From: an uncultured Thermococci archaeon
GTDB taxonomy: Archaea; Methanobacteriota_B; Thermococci; Methanofastidiosales; B48-G16
DNA length: 64,000 nt
Reading direction: 5' to 3'
Assembly: GCA_964595645.1 (NCBI GenBank)
Contig: CAZQQT010000003.1
Coordinates: forward strand, 157,636 to 221,635
Shown one piece after another: positions 58,639 through 64,000 of the stretch. The position numbers and the translations under genes are program-made. How positions within the stretch are numbered: the first letter of the stretch is position 1; each line of letters starts with the position of its first letter. The notes beneath the pieces were generated by a model, which had not been told where the DNA came from, ran no database searches, and worked only from the letters and a program-made list of their open reading frames with translations.

Positions 58639-59362
58639 CGCTCTTACAAAACGATTTGGAGGATTGACTGCTCTTGACAATGTCGATCTTCACGTTGATG
58701 AAGCTGAAATAGTAGGACTTATAGGACCAAATGGTTCAGGGAAAACAACACTGTTTAACTGTATTACTGGTTTCTATAAACCAAATGGTGGAAAGGTGAT
58801 CCTAAGAGAAAAGGATATCACAGGGGAGTCTCCTCATGAGATAATCCAAGAAGGAGTGTCTAGAACATTTCAGATTGTCAGAGTTTTTCCAGAGCTCACC
58901 GTGACCGAAAATGTATTGATCTCCATATACCATAAAAGAGAGAGCCGATTTGGATCTCTCTGTAGACGAAATGATTCGAAAGAGATAAAAAAAGCATCAA
59001 AACTCCTTGATTTTGTAGACATATCTCATTTATCAGATGAACCCGCAGGAGAACTTTCTTATGGGCAGCAAAAATTGTTGACGTTGGCTTCTGCACTTAT
59101 GCAAGACCCGAGTGTAGTACTTCTCGATGAACCCACAGCGGGTGTGAACCCTACCCTCATAAATAAGATTGTGGAAAGAATAATGGAAGCCAATAAAGAA
59201 TTTGATGTGACGTTTTTTGTGATAGAACACAACATGGATGTCATGATGAACATTTCAACGAGAATGTATGCATTGGCTTCTGGTAAAATACTTACTGAAG
59301 GAATCCCTAATGAAGTGAGAAACAATCCGGATGTACTTGAAGCGTATTTTGGAGGCGATTGA
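58613..59362 (+). CDS. livG: LivG-like ATPase, copy 2
   Basis: GPNGSGKTT, LSYGQQK, LDEPTAG.N, IEH. Confidence 0.93.
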   Translation: MSRKCLEVNALTKRFGGLTALDNVDLHVDEAEIVGLIGPNGSGKTTLFNCITGFYKPNGGKVILREKDITGESPHEIIQEGVSRTFQIVRVFPELTVTENVLISIYHKRESRFGSLCRRNDSKEIKKASKLLDFVDISHLSDEPAGELSYGQQKLLTLASALMQDPSVVLLDEPTAGVNPTLINKIVERIMEANKEFDVTFFVIEHNMDVMMNISTRMYALASGKILTEGIPNEVRNNPDVLEAYFGGD

Positions 59363-59364
59363 TC

Positions 59365-60072
59365 ATGTTACTAGAAGTAAAGGGGATTCACGCTTCATAT
59401 GGGAAGTTTGAAATCCTTAAAGGTGTAGATCTTCATGTGGAAAAAGGTGAGATTGTATCGATGATCGGTCCGAACGGCGCAGGAAAATCTACTGTGTTTA
59501 AAACAATTTTTGGTTTTTTAACTCCTTTAAAAGGGAGAGTCATATTTAAAGGAGGAGATATTGGTGGGTTACCACCTCATGAAGTTATAAGAAAGGGAAT
59601 CTCCTATAACTTTCAGAGGAGCAGTGTGTTTCCCAACATGACCGTGAAAGAGAATATGGACATGGGCGCATACATCAGAAATGATACAGAGGAAATCAAG
59701 AGAGATATAGAAGAATTGAACAACATGTTTCCAATTCTAAAAGAAAGAAAAAATGAAATGGCAAAAAATCTAAGTGGTGGACAAAGACAGATGGTAGAAA
59801 TGGCAAGGGGGCTTCTTTTGCATCCAGATTTATTCCTACTCGACGAACCTACTGCTGGGTTGGCCCCAAAAATCCAAAAAACTGTATTTGAAAAGATACG
59901 AGAAATAAATGAGAATGGCGTAACTGTAATGATCGTGGAACAAAATGCCCGACTCGCGCTTCAGCATAGTAATCGAGCATACGTGCTGGAGAATGGCAGA
60001 ACAATAATGGAAGGATCTGGAGAAGAGATCTTGCATAATCCTCGGGTAATAGAGGCCTATTTAGGGGGGTAA
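59365..60072 (+). CDS. livF: LivF-like ATPase, copy 2
   Basis: GPNGAGKST, LSGGQ, LDEPTAGLAP, VEQNA. Confidence 0.93.
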   Translation: MLLEVKGIHASYGKFEILKGVDLHVEKGEIVSMIGPNGAGKSTVFKTIFGFLTPLKGRVIFKGGDIGGLPPHEVIRKGISYNFQRSSVFPNMTVKENMDMGAYIRNDTEEIKRDIEELNNMFPILKERKNEMAKNLSGGQRQMVEMARGLLLHPDLFLLDEPTAGLAPKIQKTVFEKIREINENGVTVMIVEQNARLALQHSNRAYVLENGRTIMEGSGEEILHNPRVIEAYLGG

Positions 60073-60095
60073 GAAACAATCATCAGAGGCCTAAT

Positions 60096-62006
60096 ATGAA
60101 TGTCACGGAAGGTAATATACTTCATGTGGATCTCTCCTCTGGAGAAATATCCTTTGAATCGCATGAAAAAAGCTACAAAAAATTCTTAGGTGGGAGGGGA
60201 GTAAACCAGTACATCCTTTTCAACAAATTACCACAACACATTTCTCCGTTTGATCCTCAGAACATAATTGTTTTGGGGGCAGGCCTACTTAACGGTACGC
60301 AAGCACCTACCGCATGCAGAATGAGCATTGACACAAAAAACGTTCTTACAGGGGGAATTGGCTCCAGCAATGTTGGCGGATGCTTTGGTCCTGAAATGAG
60401 AAGGGCGGGCATTACAAATATCGTCATCACCGGCAAAGCGAAAAAACTTTCATACCTAACAGTAGAAGATGAAGAAATCGAACTAAAGGATGCATCCCAC
60501 CTCAAACAAAAAACCATTTCGGAAACAGAGAAAATGATTGGCGATGATACTGGAAATAATTTCCAGATAATGAGTATCGGGCCAGCCGGAGAAAATCTCG
60601 TGAGATCGGCCTGCATTATTGTTAACGGTGCGAGAGTTGCCGCACGTTGTGGTACTGGTGCGGTGATGGGATCGAAAAATCTGAAGGCGATCGCTGTAAG
60701 GGGAAATGGTATGGTAGAAGTAGCGAACTCCAGAAAATTTGAAGAGGAGATAGAAAGATGCAACGAAAAGCTACTGTGCGCAGATTCCTTCGAAAAGATA
60801 CAAAAATACGGAATATATTTCAATAAAAATCCATGGATCGAAGGGCCGCAAACACCCTACAAAAATTTCTCTGGTGAACATCCAAATTCGGAAGAAGAAG
60901 AAAAACTAAAAAGAGAAAAGTTCTTTAAATACAAAATCGGAAGAAAAGGATGTTGTGATGCCTGCCCCCTTGAAGGGTGGAGTGTATATGGGTGGAAAGA
61001 AAACGGAAAGACAATTACTGTGGAGCAACTTCAGTACAACGCGATTCACAATTTTGGATATAAGCTGGGTATCTTCGAACCAAAAGAAATACTCAAGGCC
61101 CATACACTGGCCAACAATCTCGGTCTCGACGAGGATAATCTGTGTGGAGTAATTGCTTGGGCTATAGAATGTTATAAAAAAGGGTTACTTACTCGCAAGG
61201 ATACTGATGGTGTCTCTCTTGAAGGGGGGAACACTGAGGTAATTTCTCAGCTCATGGAAAAAATTGCGTATAGAGAAGGAATTGGCGATCTTTTGGCTGA
61301 GGGATGTAAACGAGCATCAGCAAAAATCGGAAGGGGAACTGAAAAGTACTGCGTGCACGTGAAGGGTCAGGAACTTTTTGAGACATTGTGGCTTTCTCCT
61401 GCGTGGAGTCTAGGGACCGTTGTGTCTCCCCGAGGAGGAACTCATACACGGGGAGCTATTATGGTTAACGCAGTAAAAAACGCACTTTCCGAGGATCAGT
61501 GTAGAGAACTATTCGGCTGTTCTGTTGGGGAGATGACTTCGTACGAAAATAAAGAAAAATTGGTATTCTTCATGGAAAAGTTTGAATCGGTGCTGGATTG
61601 TATGGGGATGTGTTTTTTTGTTCATGGTATACACAGAAAAGGCATGCTGATGCCCACCGATCTCTCGGCACTACTCTCAGCTGCTATGGGTCATAAAATA
61701 TCCTCCACTACTCTACTAGCGATTGGTGAGAGTGTAACTAACCTTGAGAAATCTTTCAACGTTCTTCATACAGAATGGACACGAAAAAACGATTATCCTC
61801 CGAAAAAATTTATGAATACACCCCTTAAAGGAAAAGATAGTATTGATCGAGAGAAATGGAAGAAAATGCTCAACAACTATTATGAACTCCATAGATGGGA
61901 TAAAAGGACAGGATGGCCCACGCGAAAAACATTAGAAGATCTTGATCTACAGGTAGTGGCAAATAAATTGAAGAAATATGAGAAATTGCCCAATATGAAA
62001 AAATGA
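60096..62006 (+). CDS. AOR/WOR family oxidoreductase, copy 2
   Basis: LGGRG, IGPAGEN, RCG.GAVMGSKNLKAI, GLD, REG.GD.LAEG, RGG.H, YY....WD..TG.P. Confidence 0.93.
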   Translation: MNVTEGNILHVDLSSGEISFESHEKSYKKFLGGRGVNQYILFNKLPQHISPFDPQNIIVLGAGLLNGTQAPTACRMSIDTKNVLTGGIGSSNVGGCFGPEMRRAGITNIVITGKAKKLSYLTVEDEEIELKDASHLKQKTISETEKMIGDDTGNNFQIMSIGPAGENLVRSACIIVNGARVAARCGTGAVMGSKNLKAIAVRGNGMVEVANSRKFEEEIERCNEKLLCADSFEKIQKYGIYFNKNPWIEGPQTPYKNFSGEHPNSEEEEKLKREKFFKYKIGRKGCCDACPLEGWSVYGWKENGKTITVEQLQYNAIHNFGYKLGIFEPKEILKAHTLANNLGLDEDNLCGVIAWAIECYKKGLLTRKDTDGVSLEGGNTEVISQLMEKIAYREGIGDLLAEGCKRASAKIGRGTEKYCVHVKGQELFETLWLSPAWSLGTVVSPRGGTHTRGAIMVNAVKNALSEDQCRELFGCSVGEMTSYENKEKLVFFMEKFESVLDCMGMCFFVHGIHRKGMLMPTDLSALLSAAMGHKISSTTLLAIGESVTNLEKSFNVLHTEWTRKNDYPPKKFMNTPLKGKDSIDREKWKKMLNNYYELHRWDKRTGWPTRKTLEDLDLQVVANKLKKYEKLPNMKK

Positions 62007-62020
62007 AAAAATAAAAAGAG

Positions 62021-63007
62021 TTACAGAATATACGAAAGTATTGACTTCTGTGCGTGCAACCTATTTTCCGATTCGTCGTAAATTACGGAGTTCGGTCCAT
62101 CCAGTACTTCATCTGTCACTTCGTCACCGACTGCAGCAGGTAGTGCATGTTGTACCATCACATCTCTTTTAGCGAGAGAAACCAGATCACTATCCGTAAT
62201 CCAATGCTTATATTTTTCCGGATTCTTAATATGAGGGGCCTCTGTTCCTTCCCCCTCCATTCCTTTGGTTGCGTAGATGTCTGGTGCCCATCCTTTTACA
62301 TGGATGACATCTGCATCTTCGGCAGCTTCCTCTCTATCATGGGTAAGTGTGAGAGTTGAACCATGCTGTTCTGCCTGTTCCCGTGCATAATCAAGCATAT
62401 CATCATTTGGGTCGTATCCTTCGGGATATGCAAGAACGAGATCCATTCCTAATTTCGATCCGGCTTCCAAAGTTGAATTCACGATACCCAACGGCTTGCT
62501 GTAGGGACAGTAACCCCACATCATCACATACTTTACTCCTTCGAGACTCTTTTTCCGCTCATACGCTGTCATAAAATCTGCCATGACCTGACATGGATGT
62601 CCAGCTTCACTATTCGCATTGATTACAGGGACATCTGCCCACTTCGCCATTTCTTGTTGATCGGAGAAGTTAAACGCTCTATACATGATTCCATCAACGT
62701 ATCGGGCCAATACAGATGCTTTATGCTTTAGTGGCTCCTTTCCTTTGCCCCATGACGCACCTGGAGGATAGAATATAGCGTGTCCTCCCAGCTGCTCCAT
62801 TCCTGTTTCGAAGGATGTTCTCGTTCGTGTGGACTCCCACTCGAACAGCATCGCCAAAACTTTTCCTTTGAGGGTCTCGTGAGGTACTCCCCTCTGAAGC
62901 TTATCTTTTAGATCTATTGCGGTATCAAGTATCTTTAGTATCTCCTCTCTACTATAGTCCTTTAATGTTAGAAAGTCTCTTCCTTTCATGGGTCGTTTGG
63001 AAGACAT
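62021..63007 (-). CDS. Carbamoyltransferase, YgeW/N-acyl-ornithine (knotted) type rather than canonical ArgF
   Basis: STRT, HPCQ, WGYCPYSKPLGI, VKGW, HALP, ENRLH; no D..NN or SMG motifs. Confidence 0.88.
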   Translation of the reverse strand: MSSKRPMKGRDFLTLKDYSREEILKILDTAIDLKDKLQRGVPHETLKGKVLAMLFEWESTRTRTSFETGMEQLGGHAIFYPPGASWGKGKEPLKHKASVLARYVDGIMYRAFNFSDQQEMAKWADVPVINANSEAGHPCQVMADFMTAYERKKSLEGVKYVMMWGYCPYSKPLGIVNSTLEAGSKLGMDLVLAYPEGYDPNDDMLDYAREQAEQHGSTLTLTHDREEAAEDADVIHVKGWAPDIYATKGMEGEGTEAPHIKNPEKYKHWITDSDLVSLAKRDVMVQHALPAAVGDEVTDEVLDGPNSVIYDESENRLHAQKSILSYIL

Positions 63008-63053
63008 TTTTTCACCACTCAGTATTAAAATCTATGAGATATTAAATAGTTAC

Positions 63054-63069
63054 TCCTATTATTTTAAGT
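63054..63069 (-). promoter_or_regulatory. Island palindrome site (carbamoyltransferase)
   Basis: Reverse complement ACTTAAAATAATAGGA, then TTTAATAT. Confidence 0.5.
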
Positions 63070-63164
63070 ACTTTCTTCGTTCAACTCGCGTAAGGGAGTC
63101 TGTAAATAAAACAAAAAGATCGTAGACAACGGTGCCTCTATTCACGGTTCGAAAAGACTGATAT

Positions 63165-63935
63165 CTAATACTGGTATTCCATGAGATCTTTGACGATCTC
63201 CACAGTCCGTTCGATAATAATCTTCACAATTTTCTCTCCTTTCTCCTTCGTAGCCTTAGTCGCATCTCCCATGACACCTGATCTAGATCGTTCACTCACT
63301 GTGGTAAGAGGAAGAAAAAATTTATGTGACGGCATCCCAGCAATTCTACTCTCATAGCTTTTAAACGGGTTTTTTGAGAACTCCTTTACTGCTTTGCTCA
63401 TATCCACATCCATCTCCATCGCGAGTGCAACAGATGTCTCCCCCTCATCAGCATGCCATAATGTCTCTACAATATCACCTGTGACGTCTTCCACCAACTG
63501 GAACCAATCCACCACAGGAATCACAATATTGTATTTTTGATAGAATCTCTGTGAGGTAATAGCAAGAAAATGAGGATTTCCTCCATGCCCGTTCAGTACA
63601 AGTATCTTTTTAAATCCATTGTCCACTACGCTCCTGCATACATCCCATACCACGCTTTGGAAAGTTTCAGAATCTAGTGAGAGTTTTCCAGGATAATCCA
63701 TCCACTCAGAATAACCAAATTTCAATGTGGGAATAACAACTGCGTTGATATTATTTTCTCGGCACGCGAGCGCCACCTGTTTCGCAAGTGCTGTCGCATT
63801 AAAAGAATCGCATTCAACGGGAAGATGGGCCCCATGTCCTTCGATTGAACCAATAGGGAAAATAATTACCGTATTCTCCTTATCTAACTCTCCTATTTCT
63901 TCCATAGTCATATCTTTCCATAGAATTTTTTCCAT
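63165..63935 (-). CDS. Creatininase-family amidohydrolase, copy 2
   Basis: IEGHGAHLP...D, NGHGGN, HADE.ETS, GVMGD. Confidence 0.92.
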   Translation of the reverse strand: MEKILWKDMTMEEIGELDKENTVIIFPIGSIEGHGAHLPVECDSFNATALAKQVALACRENNINAVVIPTLKFGYSEWMDYPGKLSLDSETFQSVVWDVCRSVVDNGFKKILVLNGHGGNPHFLAITSQRFYQKYNIVIPVVDWFQLVEDVTGDIVETLWHADEGETSVALAMEMDVDMSKAVKEFSKNPFKSYESRIAGMPSHKFFLPLTTVSERSRSGVMGDATKATKEKGEKIVKIIIERTVEIVKDLMEYQY

Positions 63936-63948
63936 GTGAACACCATTT

Positions 63949-64000
63949 TTAGTCGGATACCACTACAGTACCCGCATTGCCGTTCAACGCCTCGTGCGCA
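63949..64000 (-). CDS. 3' end of a probable carbamate kinase (truncated by the window edge)
   Basis: Hand translation ...AHEALNGNAGTVVVSD* matches the AL.G..GT.V C-terminus of carbamate / amino-acid kinases; only 16 aa visible. Confidence 0.6.
   Translation of the reverse strand, partial: AHEALNGNAGTVVVSD

Noticed and set aside
62021-64000. Standard arginine deiminase pathway or ArgF
   Set aside because: No arginine deiminase is visible, and the ornithine-binding motifs (DxxNN, SMG, HCLP) are absent.
1-64000. CRISPR array, rRNA, transposase/integrase, selenoprotein UGA recoding
   Set aside because: No spaced direct repeats, rRNA-like sequence, recombinase motifs or in-frame TGA at catalytic Cys positions were seen by eye.

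Overview
This is a gene-dense archaeal chromosomal segment (TFE, PriL, FtsZ with a CdrS-like RHH, Cgi121, RibL, tRNA-Ser(CGA) without encoded CCA). The PriL and Mrp genes are Thermococcales-style, which suggests a Thermococci-related anaerobe such as Theionarchaea or Methanofastidiosales (inference only). Four zones: (1) 1-9.5 kb housekeeping genes (nadA, priL with an unusual wHTH-like insertion, HDAC, tfe, rnz, DUF368-uppP, gcvTH). (2) 9.5-19.1 kb accessory region ending at tRNA-Ser, with decayed genes and a tusA-dsrE-iscS*-iscU/DUF59-trxB-ferredoxin operon whose IscS lacks the PLP Schiff-base lysine and other PLP contacts but keeps the catalytic Cys. (3) 19.2-38.6 kb mixed genes, including a hypothetical protein with PI3K/PIKK-like kinase motifs, a candidate small RNA, ftsZ and a stand-alone Mrp antiporter. 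(4) 38.6-64 kb catabolic island: divergent 2-oxoacid:ferredoxin oxidoreductase and SucCD-like synthetase, opine dehydrogenase, PLP lyase, racemase/isomerase, two creatininase-family amidases, two AORs, two mirror-image Liv-type ABC transporters, a YgeW/AOTCase-like carbamoyltransferase and a probable carbamate kinase at the window edge. Its promoters share a 16-bp palindrome (CCCTA-N6-TAGGG) just upstream of the TATA box, probably bound by the embedded HTH-10 regulator. No CRISPR array, rRNA, integrase or transposase was seen. All assignments come from reading motifs by eye; no database search was run.
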